Positions 25,215-40,181 of a stretch of 40,181 nt of DNA are shown here, piece after piece (position 1 is the stretch's first letter; each line of letters starts with the position of its first letter). The notes under the pieces were generated by a model. The model was not told where the DNA came from. It made no database searches and saw only the letters and a list, made by a program, of their open reading frames with translations. This DNA is from Paramecium tetraurelia. Its lineage: Eukaryota. The stretch is from contig CT868045.1 in assembly GCA_000165425.1 (NCBI GenBank), positions 186,001 through 226,181 on the forward strand, read 5' to 3'. Made by a program: the position numbers and the translations under genes.

Positions 25215-25990
25215 ATGACAATGATTTCCTTTATAAAAATCTTATTTATAGAGCCTCTTTTAATTTATAAGGGTTGTGTAGAACCTACTGGAAGTGAATG
25301 TATTAATAATGGTTGGACTAATGGCAATTATGTGACTGAATGTTAAGGAATAAATTATATTGGTGCATTTACAGGAGGACATAGAATTACCAAAACATTT
25401 TGGAGTCCATCACAAAAATTAATGAAATTATCATTCACTTTGGCTAAATTCGATAGTTGGGACTACGAATCGGTTTTTATTTATAAAGATGGCTAAGAAA
25501 TTGATAGAATTACTCATGGACCTTTTGAGGGAATTAATGTGTGTTAAAATCTATACCCAGATTTATTGGATTATAGATCGTATTTCTATTAGTTACCATA
25601 AGGATAAAACTATATTACCTTTTCATTAGTTGATAATTTATAAGCTGACGATATAGGTAAACTAAACATTCTAATATTAGAATCATGGGGAATTAGAGAT
25701 ATCAAATTATAACTTATTAATCACTGTATAGATTTTTATAGTGAATGTAATTATTAGGGACAATTATGGAGGGTTTGTTAAGGAAATCAAACTACATCTA
25801 TTAGATAAATACCTTTCAAAATAAAATCCATTTATATCTTAGTTAGTGGTGTTCAAGTGTAAATCAAAGACCCATAATTTAAAGGAGGAATCAAATAGAC
25901 ATATACTACAGATTAAACCTGTTTAGATGATTACCATGTAATTTATAATTATTATATATAAAGTTTCCTAAGTATGAATAACCTATTTGA
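25215..25990 (+). CDS. Copy 2: DSWD...SWGI domain plus C-terminal beta/gamma-crystallin-like domain protein (start uncertain)
   Basis: Reads CQGINYIGAF...FTLAKFDSWDYESVFIYKDG...ESWGIRDIKL, then CIDFYSECNYQGQLWRVC...IKSIYILVSGVQV...FKGG...DQTCL (resembles a Greek-key pair). Introns 25657-25680 and 25938-25963. TGA 25988-25990. Confidence 0.8.
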
Positions 25991-26050
25991 TTACTTATAT
26001 AATTTTGTATAATAATTTACTATTATGTATATAATAAATAAAATAATGAA

Positions 26051-26392
26051 TCATTATTGGTTTTGAATGGATTTAATATATGCAACCAATTCTATTAATA
26101 TTTCTTTAGTTTACATTTTCTTTTTATTATTATCATTTATTTTAATTAATTCATTATAAACCTTCATAAAATTCTAGTTCTAATGAATTTCTATTAGTTA
26201 TTATTGTACTAATTCTCTATTCTCAAAAATTAATTTAACTTATTTCTTAATTAATCTTGGCCAATTCAATTCATATTTCTTTCCATTATTATTTGCTTTT
26301 ATTGGATATTATCTTGTAATTATATGATCTAAATTTTCATCAGGATCCTATTTATTGCAAATTACTCCATGATATTATTTCATATAACTTTT
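26051..26392 (-). pseudogene. Orphan 3' fragment (342 nt) of gene X
   Basis: Reverse complement of 8401-8742. Homology stops abruptly mid-CDS at 26392. Confidence 0.85.
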
Positions 26393-26487
26393 TGAAATAC
26401 ACGGTGTTGTTCTATTATTTTAACATTTCCATAAAAAATTAATTATATGGTATAATGTGTATTAGTTAAATCGCAATTAAATTATAA

Positions 26488-27522
26488 ATGGGCAATGACT
26501 CATAAAAATATAAGCAACCTCTTTATGAATTATAGAAGTCATGTACTTTCTAAATGAAATATCCATGCTCAACCGTAGCTATTAACTAGAGTGGCTCTCT
26601 AATCTTGACAAATTTAGTTTCAAGAATATTAGTATTTGGTTTTGATGGGAAATCCATAAAAAGTATTTCAAACATTTAGAAACATTAATGCTCAATTACC
26701 GTTCTTAAATTCTTTAATTTGAGAAATTAATTTATTTCAGGCTCAAGTGACCTATCTATCATCATTATGCCTACAATTCTAAATCCAACAAAATATATAT
26801 AAAAACTTAAAGGACATAAAGGAATGATCATGTGTATAGCTATTCATTCACTTAATGAAGATCTTATGGTTTCTGGAGATTATGAAAATACAATCAGAAT
26901 CTGGTCAATGTAGTAATCAAGTTTATAATGGAAATGCATTCAAGAAATCATAGAGCACAAAAGTTAAGTTTATGGGATATCAATTAATGAAATTGGAAAT
27001 TAAGTTGTCTCTTGCGATAAAAAATAATTGATTTTAGTTATTGAGAAAAGCAAAAATTCAAATGCTTGGTTTGTCAAGTAAAAAATAGAAGCTTATTAAC
27101 ACGAAGGAGCTGGAGTGAGCTTTTTAACAAACGATCGATTCATCATTTAGTCTATTAGTGAAAGTACAATTGACCTATATGCATTACGGTAAGAAGGAAG
27201 ATACACTAAAATCCAATCAGAAAAACTTAAATATTGCAACAACGGATTAATTCGTTAAAATTTATCATACAATAAAAAAATGAAAATCTTGACTTTAAAA
27301 ACAGGTTAGAAGCTATTCATTATTAGATTTGATTTGTAAAATAACAAAGATCAGTCTTAAACCAAAAATAATGAATTACTCATTAAGAATGTTTAGATAA
27401 TTGATTTTAAAACTCTTTTTTTCTACAGGGCAATAAGTGATGATGGCTAATACTTGATAACCAGGAATTAATTATCACAATCTATTGAAGTTAGGTTTCT
27501 CAATAAAAGTTTAATTGATTGA
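26488..27522 (+). CDS. WD40-repeat protein (~344 aa, no intron needed)
   Basis: Open frame 1 from ATG 26488 to TGA 27520-27522. Contains LKGHKGMIMCIAIHSLNEDLMVSGDYENTIRIW, FISGSSDLSIII and IEHKSQVYGISINEIGNQVVSCD. Confidence 0.88.
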
Positions 27523-27811
27523 TTAATTGATATATACATACAATTTTTCTCGTATTTATATAATTATTAAATTTTCCAATATCATCCTGAAATTACTTAG
27601 ATTGGCAGTTAATAGCATTCTTTAATTTTAAACACATGGTTAATATGAGTCAAATAAATTTTAATTAAATTAATCATAATAAGTAAAGCTGGCAACCTAT
27701 GTAATATTAAAAAATTTTGATTTATATTTTATAATTCTTATATACCATATAAGATAATCTTATTGTTATAAAAATCAATCAACATTATAGTTAGTTTAAA
27801 TAATCTTAATC

Positions 27812-30682
<2,871 letters not shown>

Positions 30683-31354
30683 TAAATTACTATTTTTTAT
30701 TTAAAATATTATAATTCTAAAAATTCAAAATCTGTTTTTACTTATTCTCTTCAAATTATTTTAACAATATTTAGTTTCATTTAAAAATTTCAAAAATAGA
30801 TCATTTAATTGACTTGAAGTTTGCATTAATGTTATAGTATTATTAATTAACCATAAAAGATAATATTATTTAATCGAGATATTATTATTGATACATTGCT
30901 TTTAGAATTCTGTCATTAGTTATATAATAGAAATTTTTGAAATGGTAGCATTATTAAATACTGAATATGATATTCTTAGAATCTAAATTTAAAAAAGAGT
31001 ATGCTAATTTATGAATGAAATATCTGTATTGAATTTATACTGAATACAATTGCATTTAGTTAATTCTATATTAGATGAAAATTGATGGATTACCCTTTTA
31101 TTAATTATTTTAATAGTTTTAAGATCTTCATTTTAAGTTTAATTTTAAAAAGATACGAATATTATATTTGTGACTAAGACACTCTTGCAGTTCCATCAAA
31201 TCAAAAATAAGTAAATGAAGAAAGTCTTTTTTTTTTTAAAGGGAATGATTAATTTGCTAATCAAAATCCTAGAAGAAAAGAAGTAAAATAATAAAATCAG
31301 TGTTCATTTAGAAAAAAGGATATTAATATCATTAAATATATAATATGGGTGCTA

Positions 31355-33382
31355 TCATTTACCTCCATATGTAGGGGATTAATACAATTTATAGCCTGAT
31401 TAATTTTAGTTGTCTCCATTTTTTTCCAAGATTAATCCTATATTATGTACCTATCTAATAAGGCCATTTAAGAGGTTGACTTGATTGCTCAATGTTTAGT
31501 TATAACAATTTGGGATATACTAAATTTATTATTTAAGCTACATAATCTACTCATTAATTTACTTTTATAGCTATGTAAATTGTGTATTTTAAGCATCAAT
31601 TTTTGGAACAACTTAAATTTATTCTGAGATCATCTAAGTTGACTTTATCATATTTGCTAAACCTGGTAACAAAGAGGTGACTTCTATATTTTGTTTTACA
31701 AGAGTTTAAGTTGATAAGTGAATTTAATTAATTGTTGTTCTACTATGTTTTATATCTTATTTGAGAGAAACAAACTAAGGTATGGCTTCAGTCTATTAAT
31801 GGATTTCTTTAATTTTTATTATATTATATTTCATATCTTCTTAAAGAGAAACAACAAATTAAGGTACAGCTTCAGTCTATTATTGGATTTTATTAATTTG
31901 TATTATAATATTTTTCATATCTTCTTTGAGAGAAACAACAAACTAATGTACAGCGTCAGTTTATTATTTTATTTCATTAATTTTTATTATAGCGTGTTTC
32001 ATGTCTTATTATAGGAATTTAAATTGCATACTTTCAACAACAATTTTTGGAGTTGCTTCAATTTATTATTATATTTAATTCTATCCCTCACAAATGATCT
32101 GTTTGAGCTTTATTAAAAGTGATTCATTTGACTATGCCTCTAATTTCTTTTATAACTCAGATATTTAGATTTCATATTATTACACTTAATTCTTTAATTT
32201 AAATGTTTCTTACTTATAGTTCAGTGTTACATTTTCAATACTTTGGTATAATTTAAGAAATTCCTTTTTCTTAATTGTTGTATTTTATTATTTTAATTAT
32301 TCGAATGTATTTAGTTAAAACTAAAATTCTTATTGGATCATGTCTGAATCATATTATAATAAATTCTAGTCAATTTTTTTATAGATATATTTGGAATTTT
32401 ATTTGAGATGATCATTTACTGTAAAAGCTTCCAATAGTTTAAGATTTTCCCTTTATATTTAAGACTAAATAAAATTTTCCTAATGTTATTCTTAATTTTC
32501 TTTTAGCACTTTATCAATTCTGTTTTCAACTTCCACTTTAAGCATTTTTAAATTTTCTTCAATTAATTTAATTTTTTCAACTTATTCTTACTTTAATTTC
32601 TTTAAGGTTTTTACATAGTTTCCTTTGTGGTGTTCTTAATGATTACTCTCAGCACATTATATACAAGTATATTGTAGATTTTGCTCTTTTAAGCAATCTT
32701 GATGTATACAAATACAGTTTTTCTCCATTTAGTGATCTTTACAAAAGGGCAATTAATCATTTATTTTTTCAACAGTTTCAATTTTGAATTATTCCTCTTC
32801 AAATTTAGGTACATTATTAAATTTAATATCCATTGTCGTTAATTAGTTTACTTTACATTAAATTTCAGCAAATTCATAATTGAACTGTCTTTCTAAATAA
32901 TTATTGATTTAATTATATTAATTCTCAATAATTTATTATTTTGCATTATTTAATGTTATGAATATAATAAAATTATCAATGGATTGAGAATCCAGAACAG
33001 ATTATTTGGTTAAAAGCGTATTTGCTTAGCTAATATTTAGTGATATTTGATGGTTTTATTGTTCAATTAATGTTGTGATTACCTTTTCTTATTTTTAAAA
33101 ATATTGCAATACTTTATTTTAGAGTTCTGTTAATGATTAAATATATCTATATTTCATTTAATTATTTAAATTGATTATTTTATTTTACATTTCTAAATAT
33201 TTGTCTAAATTGTCTTTTGCTCCATCATCAAGTTCTTCCAAACTTTTAATAAACTCGGTTGATTTTTGCCAGTTTAAACATTTTTGGCAAAAAAACTTGT
33301 TATTCTCTTTTTGTAGCTTTGATTTATGAATGCAGACAAATTTTATATCAAATCCTCTATGATACTCGCACTATTTGATCAT
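31355..33382 (-). CDS. 675-aa protein with two B-box-like Zn-finger + coiled-coil modules and 28-aa repeats
   Basis: Single open code-6 frame of 2028 nt. Finger 1: CEYH...FVCIH...FFCQKC. Finger 2: CKDH...CICIHQDC...TCIQCAESNHQEH. Each finger is followed by Q/E/K-rich helical sequence. Confidence 0.8.
31718..32010 (-). repeat. Coding tandem repeat, 84-bp (28-aa) unit, ~3.5 copies
   Basis: QDMKHAIIKINEIKQQTDAVHQFVVSLK / EDMKNIIIQINKIQQQTEAVPQFVVSLQ / EDMKYNIIKIKEIHQQTEAIPQFV-SLK / QDIKHSRTTINQIH. The AGAGAAACAA motif recurs at 81 and 84 nt spacing. Confidence 0.9.
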
Positions 33383-34067
33383 GATAGAATTACGATTTTT
33401 AATAATTAAATAATTAAAACTAATAAAGTTCTATTCGCTCTTTTAGAAACATAATCAATTAATGTCTATAATACGAAAACTATTGTGTGAAATTCATCAT
33501 TTCTCTATAGTAAACAAAAAATCTTAAGAATTTAGATTTATTTTTGGTTTTGAATTTTATTAAACCAAAATGCACAAAGTTGTTACTCATAAATTTGATT
33601 CATTCATTATTATTAGTTTCCATTTCAGTATATAGTATAAATTTTTCATATCCTAATTGAATTAAGTTGATGCATAGTGGTTATATGCAATGATATAATA
33701 TGTATATTACAATATTTGGAAGGAATATAACTATATTATTTGGAGATTTATTCAAATTGCAATCCTATTTGGAATTTATATTTCTATGAATAAGTCTAGT
33801 AGTAATGTAATAAATGTTGATTTACATTCATCTAACTTAAATAAATGTCATTTGATAGATACTTTTTAGCCTATTGTAATTTGAAAATACAGGTAATATG
33901 CCAATATCTTTGAGTATGTGTATTTTCTGAAATTTAAGTTAACCAACATATTAAATTTCTACCTAAATTTAATTATTTTGAAAAATTATGAAAGGTGAAA
34001 TATAATTATTAATAACAGAAAAAATATGGATGATTTATTATAAATATATTTAAATCTCATCTGTTTA

Positions 34068-34995
34068 TCAATTCTCTACTGGACTAACTCGGGATTATGT
34101 ATTTTTAGCAATCCAACCACATACTTAAAGCACTTTTTAGATGATTTTACCTAATCCATAGATTCCTAAAAAGAATGCGTAATATAAGCTAAAAAGACCG
34201 ATGCAAAAGCCATACATCATACATAAAAAATGTTTGCTTGGGTAGCATCTAAAGTATTTTCTAATATTGGTAACATTATCTGTAGGAGGTTTTTTGACCT
34301 TTGGCATTAAATAATAGCAGACAAAAATCATAAAACATGCCTCCCCAATTGTACAAAGATAAAGTGACCATGTATAAAACGGAAATGTTTATAATTCTGG
34401 ATGATTTGTTAATTCTGTCATCATAACAATTGCAACTCCCATAGCGAGTCCACCCCCAATAACCATTGATATGTAAAGTGTAATCTCTCCACCTGTGATG
34501 TTAGGTTCTTCATCTTCAGTCAACTATTTCTCTACAATAACCCCAGCTGAAATAGCCTTTTGTTTTTCTACAAATTTTAACAATTAATCCACATTCAATG
34601 CAATATCTATAAATAAAGATGTCAATGAAATATTGTTGAAAACTGATTAATTGTTATTTACATAAACCTAAACAGAGAAATAAATTATAAGGATTCCTGA
34701 TTAAACTGAATCTATCAATTTATACCCTTTCTTCCTTCTGTTTATATCATTCTCCCCAAACACTATATAACTCTTCTCACCACAAAGTATGTACATATGA
34801 AAAACTACCCATGTGATTAATGTAGTAGCAAAGTGCCCTCCTTCATATTTTGTTTATCCACTTTGATAAAACCATAGTCCAAAAAATATAATTTTGATTA
34901 TAATCGAAATGCCAATTCTAACATCCATTCTGGTTTTTTAAATGACTACTCCAAGCATTTTTAGTCCCCATTTCGATAATATCTATCGTAGACAT
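34068..34995 (-). CDS. Small multi-pass membrane protein, possibly Bax-inhibitor-1/TMBIM-like; exon structure unresolved
   Basis: Hydrophobic segments in several frames: TTLITWVVFICTYFVV, RNPYNLFLCLG, LYISMVIGGGLAMGVAIVMM, MMYGFCIGLFSLYYAFFLGIYG. Frame changes are compatible with ~20-nt introns. The family call is by resemblance only. Confidence 0.5.
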
Positions 34996-36162
34996 GATAA
35001 TAAAATAATATTAATTATGAAAATTACTTCAAAAATTTTCTCTTTTAAATTATATATAAGTATTAATGATTGAAATCATAAAAATATTATAGAATCATCA
35101 TTGGGATAAAATTCCAATTATATGGTATATATCCTACATTATTGTTTGAGCGTTATTCTTAATTATAATTTTAATTATTTTAATAATATCACTAATCATA
35201 AATCTTATTATTAAGTATTAATTAAACTGTTAATATTTTATTTATATATAAGATAAAATGGTTTAATTTTTAATAATATATTTTTAATTATACTATATTA
35301 ATCAGAAGGCCATACTATTCTCACGATAAGACTATTTATTTAAAAATAATAGTTCTGGTATCGACTTTATTTTTAATTTCATGGATAAATTTGTTATTCA
35401 TAATTAATCTATTTCAATTCAGAAAGATTGATGATAATATTCGTTCTACTTGAGCCTTTTTATTTATGACTCTTATTATCAAGTCCCTAATCCTAAATCA
35501 TCGTTGAATTGAGTTATTGAATCATTAAAAATATGAATAAATTCAATTTTGAGAAAATTATATATTAATAAGAATGCTTTATAATTTCTATAGATGACCC
35601 ATCATAAGTAATATTCAACTAACAAGTTGAAATGTATTATGTAATTGCTTGTAAACCCATTTGATTAAAATTCATTTTATATTATAATTAGATACTAATT
35701 CAGAGATTCGAATATACTTATTGAATTAAGAGAGATAGATTAGAAAGAAATTGTTAAGTATTTTATCTTTATATTCCTTGTAACTTTCTAAACCTATACA
35801 TATTTCTAATACAATATCAAAGTCATTTTCAATTATATTTACCTTTAAAATCGACTATCACTATCCATTGAAAACCTCTTCTACTACACCAATATTGAGT
35901 ATCACAATCGCAAAAATAGTAATCTTAATATTTAATGTATATTGTTATAGATTTTATTTTTCGGGCCACATCAATTTTTGATACTCAATATAATAAGTTA
36001 TTGCAGAAGGTAATCTAAATCATTGAATTATAAACTATTATTATAATATGATCTACATTTTTAATATACTTTCTAAAATATAAAACCTTTTTATCTAAAG
36101 TAATGCTTCTTGAGTTTTAATATTCATAAATTATTTTTATATATTTTATTTTATAATCATAG

Positions 36163-37207
36163 ATGCTATCACGATCAACTTAGTTCTTTAATATAAATTA
36201 ATAAGCTGAATATGATTTAGAGATAAACGTGCCAACTTGCTTCTCATAGATGGTTTTTTAAAATATTATTGTGGAATAAGTTATTCTTATGATAAAAAAA
36301 AATTTGCAATATATGAGGCATATAAAAAAGAATTTTCAAAATCTAAAATAAGAATTTTTGAAATTTACAGTGTAAAATTATTATATGAGGGAGAATTTGA
36401 AAATGGAACTTTTTTTTAGAAAATAGCAGATTTACTTAGGATTCTCGGTTTTATACTCAAGTTATAAAGTTTGAATCAGCTGACAATTATTAATGTAGCT
36501 AATAATTCACACAGAATAATAAAAACGAAACTAATTAGATGTATTTCTGTTGGTTTAAATAATGATATTTATATAATGAATGGAGATCACAGTATATCAA
36601 GGTATTCAATTGATGCTAAATTAAAAGCCAATTTTAATATTACCGAAATGATATTTAATAAGTTTATTTTTAGTATACAGAATATAATTTAACAGAATAT
36701 GGTTGTAATTGCAAGTTAGACCTAATATATGATTGATTTTTCAAATTTGAAAATTAGATGGCAAAGAAAAAGTTAATTAAATCTTATGAAATTTATAACA
36801 CAATATTACTTTTTAATCTCAAATTATAACGATATTTAACTTTAGCAGACTAGAAATGGTCGAAGTATTCGAAGAATTTTAAATATTCATAAGAAAAATA
36901 CAATTGAAGGGAAACACTCAATTTATTTGGTTTCTCATACAGATATCGAAAATGAGCGGTAAAATATTCGTTTTGAATTTTTCGATATCATAACAGGTGT
37001 TAAATAGTTGTTAAGATGGTAACAAGGTGAATATGATATTGATTTTAAGAATTCCAAAATTATAGATTAAACTATTATTGTTTGGGATGAAAGTAAAAGC
37101 AAAGTGAGATTTTTCGATATTGAAAGAACTATAGAGCAGCTGTTAAGATTTTATATCAATATACTTTTAGATTATCATAGAATAAATATTTGAATTTAAT
37201 TATGTGA
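36163..37207 (+). CDS. Hypothetical beta-propeller-like protein; 5' end unresolved, possibly frameshifted
   Basis: Frame 3 is open from 36216 to 37193 (~325 codons) and beta-strand rich (KIRIFEIYS, SISRYSID, TIIVWDESKSKVRFFDIE). The ATG at 36163 is in another frame. Possible terminal intron at 37142-37170. Confidence 0.5.
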
Positions 37208-37426
37208 CTTTTCCATCCATACATTAGTGTTATTGAAAGTATTGATTTTAAGGATAGAGCACTCATATAATTAAATTTACTCAAGCAGAAAACTTAAGGT
37301 TAGTTGGAGTTTAATGAAATAAAAATTAATCTCCAATTATCATTTTTTAATTCATTTTACAAATCATCATAAAGTTTATCAACATTAATCTTGATATTTG
37401 TAGAAGGGCATTAAATAATAGGCTAT

Positions 37427-37576
37427 NNNNNNNNNNNNNNNNNNNNNNNNNNNNNNNNNNNNNNNNNNNNNNNNNNNNNNNNNNNNNNNNNNNNNNNNNN
37501 NNNNNNNNNNNNNNNNNNNNNNNNNNNNNNNNNNNNNNNNNNNNNNNNNNNNNNNNNNNNNNNNNNNNNNNNNNNN
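37427..37576. other. Assembly gap (150 N)
   Basis: N run. Confidence 1.
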
Positions 37577-37898
37577 ATAAGATGCAAATCTACTAATTTC
37601 TGGCAATCTTGAAATAAATTTCAGTCAAATAGCATATTTACTTTAACGTTTATGGAAAATTTAATGAGATGATTCATTCAAATAAATAAGGAAATATAAA
37701 GAAGTATGAATTATAGATATCATAAATATTTAAATTTAATCATTTAATAATTATTATTGATTGAGAATCTAAGATTTCTTCTTAGACTAAGGAACAAAGA
37801 ATAACTCCCCTTTTTGAAATTATTTATACTATTTCAGGATATTAAATTATTTATGTATCATCAATTATTATATATAATAAAAGATATTTAATCTTAAA

Positions 37899-40181
37899 AT
37901 GAAGATTATCATATATTCTTAAATGGTCAAATAGAATAAGAAGGATATACTTATTAAGGCGGATCAATCAAGAAAGTTTTTAATTTTTTTATAAAAATGA
38001 GAATCGAGTTTATAAATACATTAAATATGGATAAATAATAAGAATGTAATTTTAAAGGTATTTATGCATCTAGAGAAAAATTATAAGAGAAGCCTAAATA
38101 TTCTAACTTACTCAAAAATTTAGAATAAAAATAAGTTTTTAGTTGGGAAAAACAATATGGAGAAAACATTTAAAAAATGGAAAATGGGTAGCATTCTGGA
38201 ACGCTTAAAGTTTGATGTTTCAAGGATATTATGATGAAAATGGATTAAAGGTGAGGTTATGGGTAGAGTGATTCATCAATTAACGGGAATAATAAATATT
38301 GAAAATAATATTCAGTAAATCAAAAGTAATAGTATTGGTGAATACTAAAATGGAATAAAAAATTGGAGAAATATACAGAATATTTCGATTATGAATTCAA
38401 ATCAATGAATAAAACTTATTAATTTGAGGATAAGGAATTTATGACCAAAAGGATAAAAAGTTGGTTAATGGACTGAATTACACCAACATTTTAGAGAGAA
38501 AATATTACCTGTATTTAGTGATTTCAAAGTGAAATTTGTTGGAGATTATAAAAATGACCAAAAAATGGAAATTGGTAGAAATTTCATTATTGAAAACAAA
38601 TGTTTGTATGCATTTTGATTAAAATTTGATTGGAGTTGGGTATTATGAAGAAGATGGATAAAAATGGATAATGGATTGAGTTGCATTAGAATTTCTTAGA
38701 GTACAGAATTTGTTATAAAAAAAAAGGTTGTTTTTAAGTTTCATACTATTGTACTTATAATAAGGGCTCGAAATGTGGGAAATGGAATATTCAAAATAAG
38801 GGGATACAAAATTTGAAATTTTCGAAGCCGATTCTTATTACGAAGTTGGTTAGAAGTCAGGAAAATGGTCAGAAGCTAATGAGAACTTTACAAAATGTAA
38901 TATATATTTCATTGTTAAAGTTAATTAAATTAGGAAATTAGGAATGCCAGTATAGAGAATTCTCTTAATAATAATTTACCTTAATGTATTGAATTAGAAA
39001 TTTATGTAGTGGAGATGGGCATTATGAAAATGGTGTAAAATAAGGAAGGTGGACTGACTCATCAATCTTGTAGGATTATATGTTGATGGTAAGAAACTTG
39101 GATAGTAAAATCTGGCATATAAAAATTAAGATTAAGAAAATTTTATTATTTGTCTAGAGTAAAATTATCTTTTAGAGCCTAATGAAAATGGTTGAATAGG
39201 TAATGGAATTACGTGACAGTTTCATAAACTCAAAATATTAATCTTCTTAAGTTATTTATTTAGGATAATATCTTAATGGAAGAAATTTGGTGGATGGACA
39301 CTTAATAAAATTAAGGAGCAATAAAGATTATCAAAGCAAGTAAGTCTATAAAATCAATTTTATTAGATGTAAAGGAAATTATGATGAGTATGGAACGAAA
39401 ACTGGAAAGCTGACTCATTGTGATAAAAATTGTAGAGAGCAAAGATCTGTATTTATATTTATATGTGAAAGTTAATTCATTTACTAAGGGAATATAATCA
39501 TGGATTAAAAAGGGAAGTTGAAATAATTTGTTTAGAACTGAGTCTTCAAAGGATTTTTGCATTATATAATATTTCTATTTAATTCATTAGACAAGGAGGG
39601 GATTAAGATTATCAGTAAAATGTTAAATTTAGAAAAAGGGTAGGCCTACATGAGAATTTAGAAAGTAATTATGAGAGTCCTAGGATTTAGAGAATGTCAA
39701 ATTATTTTTGAGAGTACAATTAATTCAAGAAAAACTGGAGGATGGAGTATTAATTATAAAGGATTATAAGATGAAAAATTTAAGAAATGTACCAACATCA
39801 ATCTATTATGCTTGAGACTATGGCAAATATGATGAGGATGGTGTTAAAATTAGTAGAATTACACAAGTGATTCAGAGAGTATATTTACTTATTAAATCAT
39901 CTATGTTAGATAAAATAAAAATGGCATCAAAGCAGTTAGATGGGATATAAATTATCAAAAGATGTATATTAATGAAAACAAGATTGTAGTTAAAAATTAT
40001 GTTTTAGAGGTGGAGGAGTTTATAATGATGAGAATGGATTAAAAATTGGAAAATAGGTTGAATTGAACAAATCTTTTGATTCGTATTCTCATCATTATAG
40101 TTTAGGTGGAGTACAGAGATTCTGATTGGACAGTATGATAATGGTTCATAGTTAGGAATTTAAGGAGCAATAATAGATCTT
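37899..40181 (+). pseudogene. Decayed Paramecium-type MORN-like repeat gene (GxYxNGxKxGxW.E repeats); runs off the window
   Basis: Repeats such as GYYDENGLKVRLWVE, VGDYKNDQK, YEVGQKSGKWSEANENF, GDGHYENGVKQGRW, GGGVYNDENGLKIGKQVELNKSF. Many tiny introns, plus frameshifts and in-frame TGAs (e.g. TGG GTA GAG TGA at ~38260-38271). Confidence 0.7.

Larger units (their letters stand above)
23048..26392. repeat. Right arm of long inverted repeat
   Basis: Reverse complement of 8401-10735. It is 1010 nt longer, which equals the five deleted blocks (1011 nt) minus the 1-nt insertion in the left arm. Confidence 0.97.

Noticed and set aside
8401..26392. DNA transposon or Polinton/Maverick with long terminal inverted repeats
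   Set aside because: No transposase, integrase, polymerase or capsid ORF lies inside. The arms consist of ordinary intron-containing genes, and no target-site duplication was recognised.
31718..32010. CRISPR-like spaced repeats
   Set aside because: The whole 84-bp unit repeats, in frame within a eukaryotic CDS. There are no unique spacers or cas genes.
33570..33884. 104-codon ATG-TGA ORF on the + strand under code 6
   Set aside because: It has no motif, and this length is easily reached by chance when TGA is the only stop.

Overview
AT-rich ciliate DNA, most likely Paramecium macronuclear assembly. TAA/TAG read as Gln, only TGA stops, and genes carry ~20-32 nt GT-AG introns, so the standard-code ORF track is badly fragmented. 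Re-read with code 6, the window holds, in order: a 5'-truncated NACHT-pentapeptide-WD40 (STAND/NLR-like) gene; an unknown helical gene; a ~3,100-aa Cys-rich/beta-helix multi-TM surface protein; a secreted repeat-domain protein; a TPR gene; a WD40 gene; a divergent Hsp70; a double B-box-like coiled-coil gene; a membrane protein; a propeller-like ORF; and a decayed MORN-like repeat gene. The main unexplained structure is a two-tier inverted repeat (8401-10735 vs 23048-26392) around a 12.3-kb surface-protein cassette. Its outer 1.7 kb appears identical and duplicates a beta/gamma-crystallin-domain gene. Its inner part is diverged, with five microhomology deletions. The intact genes lie on opposite arms, which suggests the cassette was inverted, is invertible, or was mis-oriented in assembly. 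There are three N gaps.
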